Source: Candidatus Nealsonbacteria bacterium (GTDB lineage Bacteria > Patescibacteriota > Minisyncoccia > Minisyncoccales > RBG-13-42-11). Taken from it: DNA of 64,000 bases. The stretch lies in the NCBI GenBank assembly GCA_026396115.1, contig JAPLXL010000007.1, forward strand, positions 6,565 through 70,564, given 5' to 3'. This document shows, one piece after another, positions 49,365 to 59,145 of this stretch. The notes under the pieces were generated by a model, which did no database searches, was not told the origin of the DNA, and saw nothing but the letters and a program-made list of their open reading frames with translations. Each line of letters opens with the position of its first letter. The first letter of the stretch is position 1. Made by a program: the position numbers and the translations under genes.

Positions 49365-52331
49365 TTATCTTAACACGCTTTTTAAATATCGTCCAGTGTA
49401 ACTTTTTTTGTTTTTGGCAATTTCAAAAGGCGTTCCTTCGGCCACAATATATCCTCCCTCATCTCCTCCCTCTAGTCCTAAATCTATTACATAATCTGTA
49501 TTTTTCATTACGTCTAATTCGTGTTCTATACAAATCACAGTATTGCCTCGATTAACTAATTCTCTTAAAACATATAAAAGTTTTTTAATGTCATCGGGAT
49601 GGAGGCCAGTAGTCGGTTCATCTAAAATATACAAAGTTTTGCCGGTGGCTTTTTTGGAAAGCTCGGTGGCCAATTTCACTCTCTGAGCCTCTCCGCCAGA
49701 TAAAGAGGGAGCCGGCTGGCCCAATTGAATATAACCTAATCCTACATCATTCAAGGTTTTTAATTTTTCATAAAGACCGGGGATATTTTTGAAAAATTCA
49801 AGGGCTTCCTCAACCATCATTTCCAAAACCTGGGCAATATTTTTTCCTCGATACTCAACCGCCAGGGTTTCTTGGTTAAATCTTTTTCCCTTACACTCCG
49901 AACACTGAACATAAACATCGGGCAAGAAATACATTTCAATTTTTTTCTGGCCCTGACCTTCGCAAGCTTCGCATCTTCCTCCTTTGACATTGAAAGAAAA
50001 GCGACCAGGTAAATATCCTCTGATTCTGGCTTCTTTAGTTTTTGAAAAAAGATCTCTAATATAGGTGAAAACCCCGGTATAAGTGACCGGATTTGACCTC
50101 GGAGTTCGGCCAATTGATGACTGATCAACCAAGGCTACTTTATCTAAATTTTCAGTACCTATCAGTTCTTTATACTTTCCGGGTTCTTCTTTGGCTTTGT
50201 AAAATTTTCTCATCAAAGCCCGAGCCAAAATATCATTCATCAAAGATGATTTTCCCGAGCCCGAAACTCCGGTAATACAAACAAATTTCCCAAGCGGAAT
50301 TCTAACATCAATATTTTTAAGATTGTGTTCTTGAGCACCCTTAATGACAAGGAGGTTGGTTTTTGGTTTTTGGTCCTTTACTAACTTCCAACTTCTAACT
50401 TCACAACCTACTTCCTTACCTTTAGACCAACTTCCAATTTCCACTTTCTTCCGGCCAGATAAATAATCTCCGGTAAGAGTATGGCTTTTCAGCAATTCTC
50501 TCTGTGTGCCCTGAAATATGATGCGGCCGCCATGTTTTCCTGCCCCTGGGCCAATATCAATTATCCAGTCAGCTGCCTTAATTGCGTGTTTACTATGCTC
50601 TACTACTATTACCGTATTTCCCAAATCTCTTAGTTTTTTTAAAGTTTCAATTAATCTTCCCTGGTCCCTGGCATGAAGACCAACTGAAGGTTCATCTAAA
50701 ATATATAAAACTCCGGTTAATTTTGAACCAATTTGAGTAGCCAATCTAATTCTCTGTTCTTCTCCCCCGGCTAAGGTCTCGGCTTTTCTATCTAAAGTTA
50801 GATAGTCCAAACCAACATCAATCAAAAATTGTAATCTATTGATGATTCCTTTTATTATTGGTAAGGCAATCTTGAGTTCATTGTCGTTTAAAGTTTTGTG
50901 TGGGTTTCGTGTATTGTTTCGTGCCGGTTTGGCGATTAATTCTTCGAAAAACTTTTTTACTCCTGTTATACTCATCTCAACTATTTGGTCAATCGAGTAT
51001 CCTGCCACTGTAACTGCTAATACCTCGGGCTTCAATCTTTTTCCTTGGCATTGTTCACATTTCTTTTCAATCATATATTGCTCTATTTCTTCTCTCGTAT
51101 AATCTGAATCGGTTTCATGATAACGCCTCTCAAGGCTCGGAATAACTCCCTCAAACGAGCCCGAGCCAGACAAAATAATATCAAGAATTTTCTTTGGTAA
51201 ATTTTTAACGGGCTCGTGTAAAGAAAAACGATATTTTTCAGCTAATTCCTGTAATTGCCACCAAAAATAACCCTGTCTGCCAATTTTATGAGAAGCGTGA
51301 GCCCAGGGGAAAATTGCGCCCTCTTGAATTGTTAAATTAAGATTGGGAATAACTAATGAGGGCGATACCTCTAACTTCTCTCCCAGTCCCTGACAACCAG
51401 AACAAGCGCCAAAAGGAGAATTAAAAGAAAATAATCTTGGCTCTAATTCTGGCAGAGACACACCGCACTCTTCACACCCAAAATGCTCAGAAAAGATTAA
51501 GTCATTCAGTGAGTAATCAAGTTTTTTTCTCAATGGCTTAATGACTTGCTGACCAGATGACTTAGTCACTATGACTATTCCTTTTCCCAATTTCAGCGCT
51601 GTTTCTAAAGAATCAACCAACCTTGATTTATCTAAATCTTTATCTAAAAACAATCTATCCACCACCACTTCAATATTGTGTTTTTTCTTTCTATCAAGAG
51701 CTTTTTCCAGGAGTTCTTCGACCCGATAAATAATCCCATCAATTCTTACTCTGACAAAACCGGCTCTTTGAACTTCTTCCAAAACTCCCTGATGTTCGCC
51801 TTTTTTCCCTCGGATTACGGGCCCCAAAATGATAATTTCTTTTTCTTTGCCCACCCGAGCCGCAGCGAAGGGTAAAGAAGAGGATTTATCCTCTTCGCCC
51901 AACTTCAAAACTTGTTCTGTAATTTGATCAATGGTTTGGCGAGAAACTTCTTTGCCGCATTTTGGACAATGGGGCTTGCCAATTCTGGCAAATAAAAGAC
52001 GGAGATAGTCATATATCTCCGTGATTGTACCGACCGTGGAACGAGGATTGTGAGACGCCTTTCTTTGATCAATTGAGATTGCCGGGCTTATTCCCTCAAT
52101 GGAATCCACGTCTGGTTTATCCATCACTCCTAAAAACTGTCTGGCATAAGCAGATAAACTCTCAACATATCTTCTCTGACCTTCTCCGTATAAAGTATCA
52201 AAGGCTAAAGATGATTTCCCCGAACCCGAAATCCCGGTAATAACCACTAATTTATTTTTGGGGATATCAACATTAATATTCTTCAAATTATGCACCCTGG
52301 CGCCTCTAATTTTAATATAATCTTTTGCCAT
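49365..52331 (-). CDS. uvrA: Excinuclease ABC subunit A
   Basis: GARVHNLKN, two SGSGKSSL Walker A motifs, zinc fingers, LSGGEAQR. Confidence 0.98.
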   Translation of the reverse strand: MAKDYIKIRGARVHNLKNINVDIPKNKLVVITGISGSGKSSLAFDTLYGEGQRRYVESLSAYARQFLGVMDKPDVDSIEGISPAISIDQRKASHNPRSTVGTITEIYDYLRLLFARIGKPHCPKCGKEVSRQTIDQITEQVLKLGEEDKSSSLPFAAARVGKEKEIIILGPVIRGKKGEHQGVLEEVQRAGFVRVRIDGIIYRVEELLEKALDRKKKHNIEVVVDRLFLDKDLDKSRLVDSLETALKLGKGIVIVTKSSGQQVIKPLRKKLDYSLNDLIFSEHFGCEECGVSLPELEPRLFSFNSPFGACSGCQGLGEKLEVSPSLVIPNLNLTIQEGAIFPWAHASHKIGRQGYFWWQLQELAEKYRFSLHEPVKNLPKKILDIILSGSGSFEGVIPSLERRYHETDSDYTREEIEQYMIEKKCEQCQGKRLKPEVLAVTVAGYSIDQIVEMSITGVKKFFEELIAKPARNNTRNPHKTLNDNELKIALPIIKGIINRLQFLIDVGLDYLTLDRKAETLAGGEEQRIRLATQIGSKLTGVLYILDEPSVGLHARDQGRLIETLKKLRDLGNTVIVVEHSKHAIKAADWIIDIGPGAGKHGGRIIFQGTQRELLKSHTLTGDYLSGRKKVEIGSWSKGKEVGCEVRSWKLVKDQKPKTNLLVIKGAQEHNLKNIDVRIPLGKFVCITGVSGSGKSSLMNDILARALMRKFYKAKEEPGKYKELIGTENLDKVALVDQSSIGRTPRSNPVTYTGVFTYIRDLFSKTKEARIRGYLPGRFSFNVKGGRCEACEGQGQKKIEMYFLPDVYVQCSECKGKRFNQETLAVEYRGKNIAQVLEMMVEEALEFFKNIPGLYEKLKTLNDVGLGYIQLGQPAPSLSGGEAQRVKLATELSKKATGKTLYILDEPTTGLHPDDIKKLLYVLRELVNRGNTVICIEHELDVMKNTDYVIDLGLEGGDEGGYIVAEGTPFEIAKNKKSYTGRYLKSVLR
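51852..51899 (+). repeat. Palindromic element in-frame in uvrA (adds [16 protein letters not shown])
   Basis: acccgagccgcagcgaagggtaaagaagaggatttatcctcttcgcc; 48 nt. Confidence 0.85.
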
Positions 52332-52333
52332 AA

Positions 52334-52391
52334 ACCGAGCTTCCGAAGGAAGCGAATGTAAAGAAGAGAGCGAAGCTCTCTTCGACAGAGT
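52334..52391 (+). repeat. Palindromic element copy just upstream of uvrA
   Basis: accgagcttccgaaggaagcgaatgtaaagaagagagcgaagctctcttcgac. Confidence 0.85.
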
Positions 52392-52442
52392 GTTAAATTA
52401 TACTCCAAATTCTTAAAAAATTCAATGTGGTATAATTAGGCT

Positions 52443-53453
52443 ATGAAAAGGGCTCTGGTTATAATTATTTTAGGAATAACCTTATTTCTCGGGAGCTCCT
52501 TTTTTATAGAACCTGTCAGCATTGAAACCATTCCCCCACCAAAAGAAACCTCAATCGTTGAAGAAAAACAGCCGATAAAAATAATTCTTGTTGGCGATAT
52601 AATGCTTGACCGCGGAGTAAAATTTATGATTGAAAAAGAGGGAGACAGAGATTTTAGATTTCCTTTTTTGAAAGTTGTTGATTATTTGAAAGAAGCTGAC
52701 ATTGTCTTTGGAAATTTGGAAGGGGTAATTTCCGACAAAGGAATAAAAGCTGGCAGCATTTATTCTTTTAGAGTGGACCCAAAAGCAATTGAAGGTTTAA
52801 GTTTTGCCGGCTTTAATGTCTTATCTCTGGCTAATAACCACGCTCTTGACTACACAAGAGCGGCCCTAGAAGATTGCTTAGCTAAGCTAAGCAACGCCGA
52901 AATTGATTATGTCGGAGCCGGTTTTAATGAAAAAGAAGCTTATCTCCCTATTATTAAAGAAGTTAATGGTTCGACAGGTTTACCAGCCGTGAAGGTTGCT
53001 TTTTTGGCTTATACTAATTTGGGACCTGAAACCTGGAAGGCCGCAGGAGAAAATTCAGGAATTGCCTGGATTTCAGAAAATAATTTTGAAACCATTAAAG
53101 AAGACGTTAAATTAGCAAAAGAAAAAGCTGATATTTTGATTGTTTCTCTGCATACCGGCGAAGAATACCAAAAAGAACCTACTCAATTTCAAATTGAATT
53201 TTCTAAAATGGCGATCGAGGCCGGAGCAGATTTAATAGTTGGCCACCACCCTCATATCATTCAAAAAAATGAGAAGTATAAAAATGGCTATATTTTTTAC
53301 AGTTTGGGGAATTTCATTTTTGACCAAAGCTTTTCAGAAGAAACAATGAGAGGACAAATTCTTGAAGTTTTGATAGAAAACAAAAAAATAAAGGAGGTTG
53401 TCACAAAAGATATTAAAATAAATAATTTCTTCCAGCCAGAAATTAATTTGTGA
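52443..53453 (+). CDS. CapA/PGA_cap family metallophosphoesterase
   Basis: VGDIM, NLEG, LANNH..DY, H.GEEY, GHHPH, YSLGNFIFDQ. Confidence 0.9.
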   Translation: MKRALVIIILGITLFLGSSFFIEPVSIETIPPPKETSIVEEKQPIKIILVGDIMLDRGVKFMIEKEGDRDFRFPFLKVVDYLKEADIVFGNLEGVISDKGIKAGSIYSFRVDPKAIEGLSFAGFNVLSLANNHALDYTRAALEDCLAKLSNAEIDYVGAGFNEKEAYLPIIKEVNGSTGLPAVKVAFLAYTNLGPETWKAAGENSGIAWISENNFETIKEDVKLAKEKADILIVSLHTGEEYQKEPTQFQIEFSKMAIEAGADLIVGHHPHIIQKNEKYKNGYIFYSLGNFIFDQSFSEETMRGQILEVLIENKKIKEVVTKDIKINNFFQPEINL

Positions 53454-54757
53454 ATAAATTTAAATTTTTAAAGAAAGGAGGAATTACTAAACTTCCTAAA
53501 AATGCCGGAGTTTATGTTTTTAAAAAAGGTAGAGAAATTTTGTACATTGGCAAAGCAGTCAACATTAAAGAAAGAATAAAGCAACATAAAGAGTTGCTTG
53601 GCTTAGCCAAGCAACTGGGATATATTGAGACGGATTCGGAAATTGAGGCCTTAATCTTGGAGGCAAATTTAATAAAAAAGTATCAGCCAAAATACAATAT
53701 TGTCTGGCGGGACGATAAAAACTACTTTTATGTCGGAATTACCAAAGAAGATTTTCCAAGGGTTTTTATTACACACCAAATTAAACCAACTTCAAATTCC
53801 AAATTTCAAATTTCAAATTTTCTCGGTCCTTTCGTTGAAGGAACCGCTCTTAAAAGAACCTTAACTTATCTCAGAAAGGTTTTCCCTTATTACACCGCAA
53901 AAAAACATCCGATGGGCAGTTGTCTTTGGTGCAGTTTAAAACTTTGCCCGGGACCAAACCCTGTAAAATCGGAATACCAAAAAAATATTAAAAATCTGAT
54001 TTCGGTTCTGGAAGGAAGCAGTAAAAATGTTTTGAATAATTTAAAAAGAGAAATAAATCGATTTTCTGCTCTTCAAGAATATGAAAAAGCGGCAAAAATC
54101 AGGGACAAAATCACTGCTTTGGAAAAAGTCATTTCTCATGCCAGAGTTTTTGAGTCCGAAATTGAAACCCCAAAAAACTGGGAAAAAACCCACAAGATTC
54201 TCCAAAAAATATTTAAAACTGAAAAAGAAATATCTCGAATTGAGGCCTATGATGTTTCCAATATCCAAGGGAAAGAGGCAACGGGTTCTATGGTAACTTT
54301 TATCAAGGGTCTCCCCGATAAAAATTTTTATCGCCGATTCAGAATTAAAAACCGAGCTTCCAAAGGAAGCGAAGGTGAAGAAGAAGGTGAAACCCTCTTC
54401 GCCTTGCAGGGGAAACCTAACGATGTGGCAATGATTAAAGAAATCTTAAATAGAAGATTCAAACATCCTGAATGGGGATGGCCGGACTTAATACTAATTG
54501 ATGGCGGCAAAGCCCAACTAAATGCCGCCTTGAGTATTTTGAATCAGCATAAATCAGCTAAATCAGCATTAATCAGCGTTTTAGCTTTAGCGAAGAAAGA
54601 AAATAAATTATTTATTGAAGGAAGAAAAAAGCCAGTTTTATTAAAGAGTTTATCAAGAGAACTTTTTAACTTGATATTGCAACTCCGCGATGAAGCCCAT
54701 AGGTTTGCTATTACCTATCACCGAAAACTAAGAACCAATTCCTTGCTAAAAAAATAA
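53450..54757 (+). CDS. uvrC: UvrC-like excinuclease (GIY-YIG + UVR + RNase H-like; no C-terminal HhH)
   Basis: GVY..YIGKA, EALILEANLIK, YEKAA..RD, IEAYDVSN, IDGGKAQ, RDEAHRFA. Confidence 0.85.
   Translation: MNKFKFLKKGGITKLPKNAGVYVFKKGREILYIGKAVNIKERIKQHKELLGLAKQLGYIETDSEIEALILEANLIKKYQPKYNIVWRDDKNYFYVGITKEDFPRVFITHQIKPTSNSKFQISNFLGPFVEGTALKRTLTYLRKVFPYYTAKKHPMGSCLWCSLKLCPGPNPVKSEYQKNIKNLISVLEGSSKNVLNNLKREINRFSALQEYEKAAKIRDKITALEKVISHARVFESEIETPKNWEKTHKILQKIFKTEKEISRIEAYDVSNIQGKEATGSMVTFIKGLPDKNFYRRFRIKNRASKGSEGEEEGETLFALQGKPNDVAMIKEILNRRFKHPEWGWPDLILIDGGKAQLNAALSILNQHKSAKSALISVLALAKKENKLFIEGRKKPVLLKSLSRELFNLILQLRDEAHRFAITYHRKLRTNSLLKK
54350..54403 (+). repeat. Palindromic element in-frame in uvrC (adds NRASKGSEGEEEGETLFA)
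   Basis: aaccgagcttccaaaggaagcgaaggtgaagaagaaggtgaaaccctcttcgcc; 54 nt. Confidence 0.85.
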
Positions 54758-54782
54758 ATCTTTGCTATACTAACAAAAGTAT

Positions 54783-55148
54783 ATGGCTAATTTGATTTTT
54801 CAGGTTATTGGCGGTGTCTTAAGTTTTTGGCTGGCCGTAAAATTTGTGCCCGGGGTTGAGTTTGTGGGAGAAATCAAGTATTTAATAATGGCCGGCGCTT
54901 TTTTGGGATTAATTAATTTTTTCATTAAACCAATTTTAAAAATAATTACCCTGCCTTTAAGAATTTTGACTTTCGGACTTTTTGGTTTAGTAATTAACAT
55001 AGGGTTAATATGGTTTGTTGATATTATTTTCACGGAATTGATTATACAAGGCCTCGTTCCTCTTTTCTGGACTACTTTAATTGTCTGGCTGGTTGGTTAT
55101 TTTTTGGGACTTTATTCACCGAGAAAAAAAACAATAGTTGAAAAATAG
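54783..55148 (+). CDS. 4-TM YvlD/phage-holin-family membrane protein
   Basis: LGLIN.FIKPIL..ITLPL.ILTFGLF.LVIN. Confidence 0.85.
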   Translation: MANLIFQVIGGVLSFWLAVKFVPGVEFVGEIKYLIMAGAFLGLINFFIKPILKIITLPLRILTFGLFGLVINIGLIWFVDIIFTELIIQGLVPLFWTTLIVWLVGYFLGLYSPRKKTIVEK

Positions 55149-55166
55149 CATGCCTCGTAGAAAAAT

Positions 55167-55382
55167 ATGCAACAATACTTACCTTTAGCCCAAATTATAG
55201 TGTCTGTTCTTTTGGTTGTTTTAATCCTCCTCCAACAAAGAGGAACCGCTCTGGGTTCTGCTTTTGGCCAAGGGGGCGGTTTTTACGCCACCAGAAGGGG
55301 CATTCAGAAAAAAATCCTTTGGCTAACAATAGTCTGCGGAGTTTTATTTATCCTTTTGGCCATATTAAATCTTATCTTTTAA
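55167..55382 (+). CDS. secG: Preprotein translocase subunit SecG
   Basis: ILLQQRG..LGSAFG....Y.TRRG; two TMs. Confidence 0.9.
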   Translation: MQQYLPLAQIIVSVLLVVLILLQQRGTALGSAFGQGGGFYATRRGIQKKILWLTIVCGVLFILLAILNLIF

Positions 55383-57383
55383 ATGTCTTTTTTGTTTCTT
55401 AAATGGCCGTCAAAACTGCAGTGGAGGCAATTTTTTAAGGTTTTAAGCAAAAAAGAAAAAATCGTTTTCTTTGTTTTTTTATTTTTGGCTTTTAGCAGTT
55501 TTCTCTTTCTTTCTAATAACTTTTACTTAAAAAATACGGAAATTAAACCTGCCAAAGGAGGAACCTATATTGAGGGCGTAGTTGGCTCTCCTCGCTTTAT
55601 TAATCCCCTTTACTCTCAGACGAATGACGTTGATAGAGATTTAACCGAATTAATTTATTCCGGATTAATGAAACATAATGAAGAAGGAAAAGTGGTTATT
55701 GACCTGGCAAAAGAATATAAAATTATTGAAGATGGAAAAATTTTTGAATTTTATCTAAAAGAAAATCTCCTCTGGTCAGACGGAAAATCTCTTACGGCCG
55801 ACGATGTAATTTTCACCATTAAAACAATCCAGGACCCATCTTCAAAAAGTCCAATTAGAGCAAGTTGGTTAGGAGTAAAAGTAGAAAAAATTTCTGATTT
55901 AGGAATTCGTTTTGAATTAAAAAATTCTTCGGCTGTCTTTTTGGAAAACTGCACTTTAAAAATCATGCCAAAACATATTTGGGAAGATATATCTGACCAA
56001 AATTTTTCTTTATCAATTTACAACTTAAAACCGATTGGCTCCGGGCCCTATAAGGTGAAAAAGATAACCCAAGACAAAGAAGGCAATATTAAATCTTTAG
56101 AGTTGACAATAAACTCTAATTATTACGGAAATTTACCCAATATTCCCAAAATTATTTTTTCCTTTTTTAAAAATGAAGACGAATTGATTTTTGCTTTTAA
56201 TTCTAATCAAATTAAAGGGTTTTCTCTTATTTCCTCGTCGGAAAAACATCAAAATTTAAAAGGAAATGATTTCTCCAACAATCGCCTTTTAATGCCAAGA
56301 TACTTTGCCGTCTTTTTTAATCCGGACGAATCAAAAATTTTGGCCGATAAAAAAGTTAGATTAGCCTTAAGTTATGGAACGAACAAAGAGGAAATTATTA
56401 ATCTGGTTTTACCGAACCAAGGAAGAACGGTAGATTCACCAATCTTGCCCGAAATTTATGGTTTTGAAAATCCATCAAAAATTTATGAATTTGACCTGGA
56501 AAAAGCTAAACAGATTTTAGAGGAAGCCGGATTTATTGAAAAAGAAAATGGCATGAGAGAAAAAGTTATTAGAAAAGAGCCGGCTTTTCAATTTAAAAGC
56601 GATCTACAGGTTGGCTCTCAGGAAAGCGAAGTTCAAGAATTGCAAAAATGTTTAACCAAAGACCCTGATGTTTATCCTGAAGGAGAAATCACGGGATATT
56701 TTGGAGAAAAAACAAAAGAGGCCGTAATTAAATTTCAGGAAAAATATAAAGAAGAAATACTGACACCCTACGGATTAACCGCAGGCACCGGCAGAGTTCT
56801 CAAGAGCACCAGAGATAAATTAAATCAACTCTGCGCCGCTCCCTCGGAAGAAACTCTTTCTCTTTCCTTTACTTTAACTACCTCAGTAGCAACTACGACA
56901 AACCAAATTTTAGCAGAGGTAGCTAATCTTTTAAAAAATCAGTGGGGAAAAATAGGAATAAATATTGAGGTTAAAGTTATTGATAGTAAACTTTTTCCAG
57001 AAGAAATAATCAGGCCGAGAAACTATGAAATGATTCTTTTCGGTCAAGGGCTGGAATTAATTCTTGATCCCTTTCCCTACTGGCATTCTTCTCAAATAAA
57101 AGATCCCGGGTTGAACTTGGCTGGATATGAAAACAAAGAATCTGACAAACTATTAGAAGAAGCTCGCCAGAGTTTAAACGAAGAAAAAAGAAAAATAGCC
57201 CTGGAAAAATTCCAAAATATTTTAATTGAAGACGCTCCAGCAATATTTCTTTATAGCCCTGACTATCTTTATTTAACTTCAAAAGAAATAAAGGGCGTTT
57301 CTGTTAAAATTATTACTGATCCATCAAAAAGGTTTTCTGATATAGAAAACTGGTATATTAAAACAAAAAGGGTATGGAGGTGA
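55383..57383 (+). CDS. ABC substrate-binding protein family 5 with inserted peptidoglycan-binding domain
   Basis: INPL, WSDG..LTADDV.FT, PIGSGPY, WHSSQ; insert LQVGSQ..EV.ELQ..L...TGYFG..T..AV..FQ. Confidence 0.85.
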   Translation: MSFLFLKWPSKLQWRQFFKVLSKKEKIVFFVFLFLAFSSFLFLSNNFYLKNTEIKPAKGGTYIEGVVGSPRFINPLYSQTNDVDRDLTELIYSGLMKHNEEGKVVIDLAKEYKIIEDGKIFEFYLKENLLWSDGKSLTADDVIFTIKTIQDPSSKSPIRASWLGVKVEKISDLGIRFELKNSSAVFLENCTLKIMPKHIWEDISDQNFSLSIYNLKPIGSGPYKVKKITQDKEGNIKSLELTINSNYYGNLPNIPKIIFSFFKNEDELIFAFNSNQIKGFSLISSSEKHQNLKGNDFSNNRLLMPRYFAVFFNPDESKILADKKVRLALSYGTNKEEIINLVLPNQGRTVDSPILPEIYGFENPSKIYEFDLEKAKQILEEAGFIEKENGMREKVIRKEPAFQFKSDLQVGSQESEVQELQKCLTKDPDVYPEGEITGYFGEKTKEAVIKFQEKYKEEILTPYGLTAGTGRVLKSTRDKLNQLCAAPSEETLSLSFTLTTSVATTTNQILAEVANLLKNQWGKIGINIEVKVIDSKLFPEEIIRPRNYEMILFGQGLELILDPFPYWHSSQIKDPGLNLAGYENKESDKLLEEARQSLNEEKRKIALEKFQNILIEDAPAIFLYSPDYLYLTSKEIKGVSVKIITDPSKRFSDIENWYIKTKRVWR

Positions 57384-58090
57384 AAGTAAATAGGCAGTCA
57401 AAAATCGTAAATCAAAAATACCCGGAAATTCGATATTTATCTGACCTTATACCTGTCTTATTTGATCGAGGGTGGGCAAAGACCGCCAAAAATATTCCTC
57501 TTTATTATATTTATCGGGGATTAAAAACGAAAAATGGTATAAGATATGATGTAACCGTAATTCCGCCTAAAATGTTGGGTGAGGAATTTGTCAAAACTAA
57601 GGGTCACTATCATTTTGGAAGTTACGGAGAATTATACAAAATTTTAACCGGAGAGAGTATCTTTTTAATCCAGAAAAAAGAGGCAAAAGATGTTTATTTT
57701 GTTAGAGCAAAAAGAGGAGAATATATTTTAATTCCTCCCCATTACGGGCATACTATAATTAATCCCTCTTTAAAAACCGAGTCCTCTTCGCCTCTCAAAA
57801 TCGCTAATTGGGTTTCAAAAGATTGTCAGTCAGATTATAAAAGTATTGAAAGAAAAAGAGGATTTTGTTATTATTATACGAAATCTGGCTGGGTAAAAAA
57901 TAAATTTTACAAACAAATTCCTAAATTGAAAATTAAAAGGCCTCTCAAATCATTTACCGAGCTTCCATTTATGGGAGCGAGGTGGAAGAAGAGTGCGAAG
58001 AAAAGTTTTTCTTCTTTCGTCTCGTCTTCAACTCGACGGACGAAGCCCTCTTCGCCCCCCAAAAGTTTAAAATTTTTATATGGAAATTAA
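57374..58090 (+). CDS. Cupin-type (archaeal-like) glucose-6-phosphate isomerase
   Basis: RYDVTVIPP, EFVKTKGHYH, ELY, IPPHYGH.IIN, DY..I....GF.YY. Confidence 0.8.
   Translation: MEVKVNRQSKIVNQKYPEIRYLSDLIPVLFDRGWAKTAKNIPLYYIYRGLKTKNGIRYDVTVIPPKMLGEEFVKTKGHYHFGSYGELYKILTGESIFLIQKKEAKDVYFVRAKRGEYILIPPHYGHTIINPSLKTESSSPLKIANWVSKDCQSDYKSIERKRGFCYYYTKSGWVKNKFYKQIPKLKIKRPLKSFTELPFMGARWKKSAKKSFSSFVSSSTRRTKPSSPPKSLKFLYGN
57956..58056 (+). repeat. Compound palindromic element forming the Pgi C-terminal tail
   Basis: accgagcttccatttatgggagcgagg...gtgcgaagaaaagtttttcttc...gtctcgtcttcaactcgacggacgaagccctcttcgcc. Confidence 0.8.
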
Positions 58091-58955
58091 AAAAGCAATA
58101 ATCCCGGCTGCCGGCTGGGGAACAAGATTTTTGCCTCAAACCAAGGCCATGCCAAAAGAAATGCTGCCGATTATAGATAAACCGGTAATTCAATACGTGG
58201 TGGAAGAAGTGGTTGCCTCCGGTATTAAAGATATAATTATCGTTACCGGCTGGCACAAGAGGGCAATTGAAGACCACTTTGATAGGTCTATTGAACTCGA
58301 AAGATTCTTGGAATCAAGGGGGAAAGAAAAACCATTAGAAGAAATTAGAAGAATTGCTCAATTGGCAAATTTCATTTATATCCGACAAAAGGGTGAATCT
58401 TACGGAAATGCCATTCCCATTTTAGCGGCTGAACCAGCTATTGATAAAGAGCCCTTTGCTGTCATCTGGGGAGACGAATTTATTATGGCAAAGCCCCCTC
58501 GGCTTTTCCAAATGCTCTCAGCTTTCAAAAAATATAAGGGAGCGATAATTTCAGCAGTTAGAATTGAGAAAAAAGAAGACCTTTCCCGTTATGGCATAGC
58601 TGAGGTAGTACCTATGGAAAAAAATATTTTCAGAATTAAAAAAATCGTTGAAAAACCTCTTCCACAAAAAGCTCCCTCTAATTTAGCTACTCACGGAGCC
58701 TATATTCTGCCTCCCGAAATCTTCAGCATTATCAGAAAACTAAAACCGGGCAAAGACGGCGAATACTGGCTGCCAGATGCTATTAATGAACTTATCAAAA
58801 ATGGTTATCCGGTTTTTGCCTGCGAAATACAAAATGCCAGGTACTATGATACTGGCAATAAATTAGAGTATTTAAAAACGGTAGTGGAGTTCGCTCTTTC
58901 TCATCCTGATTTCTCGGAGGAATTTAAAAAATATCTCAAGAATTTAAAATTATAA
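58080..58955 (+). CDS. galU: UTP-glucose-1-phosphate uridylyltransferase
   Basis: KAIIPAAGWGTRFLP.TKAMPKEMLP, IEDHFD, IVEKP. Confidence 0.92.
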   Translation: MEIKKAIIPAAGWGTRFLPQTKAMPKEMLPIIDKPVIQYVVEEVVASGIKDIIIVTGWHKRAIEDHFDRSIELERFLESRGKEKPLEEIRRIAQLANFIYIRQKGESYGNAIPILAAEPAIDKEPFAVIWGDEFIMAKPPRLFQMLSAFKKYKGAIISAVRIEKKEDLSRYGIAEVVPMEKNIFRIKKIVEKPLPQKAPSNLATHGAYILPPEIFSIIRKLKPGKDGEYWLPDAINELIKNGYPVFACEIQNARYYDTGNKLEYLKTVVEFALSHPDFSEEFKKYLKNLKL

Positions 58956-58958
58956 AAG

Positions 58959-59042
58959 GCGGACGTGGCGGAATTGGAATACGCGTAGCGTTCAGAACGC
59001 TATGCCAGAACTGGCTTGTGGGTTCAAGTCCCACCGTCCGCA
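58959..59042 (+). tRNA. tRNA-Leu(CAG), CCA not encoded
   Basis: GCGGACG/CGTCCGC acceptor, TAGCG-TTCAGAA-CGCTA anticodon arm, variable arm, GGTTCAAGTCC. Confidence 0.95.
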
Positions 59043-59048
59043 TATTTA

Positions 59049-59145
59049 TTCACCTTCGCTTCCATAAATGGAAGCTCAATATATGACTAAACAATATAAT
59101 ACCGAATCTTTAGACGAGGGGAAGAAGAGGTTTACCTCTTCGACC
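59049..59145. repeat. Two palindromic element copies: inverted half after tRNA-Leu and in-frame copy in the RNase J N-terminus
   Basis: ttcaccttcgcttccataaatggaagctc (59049-59077); accgaatctttagacgaggggaagaagaggtttacctcttcgacc (59101-59145, TESLDEGKKRFTSST). Confidence 0.8.

Noticed and set aside
54783..55148. Holin-family gene as a sign of a prophage
   Set aside because: The YvlD-like family is commonly chromosomal and there are no phage genes nearby.
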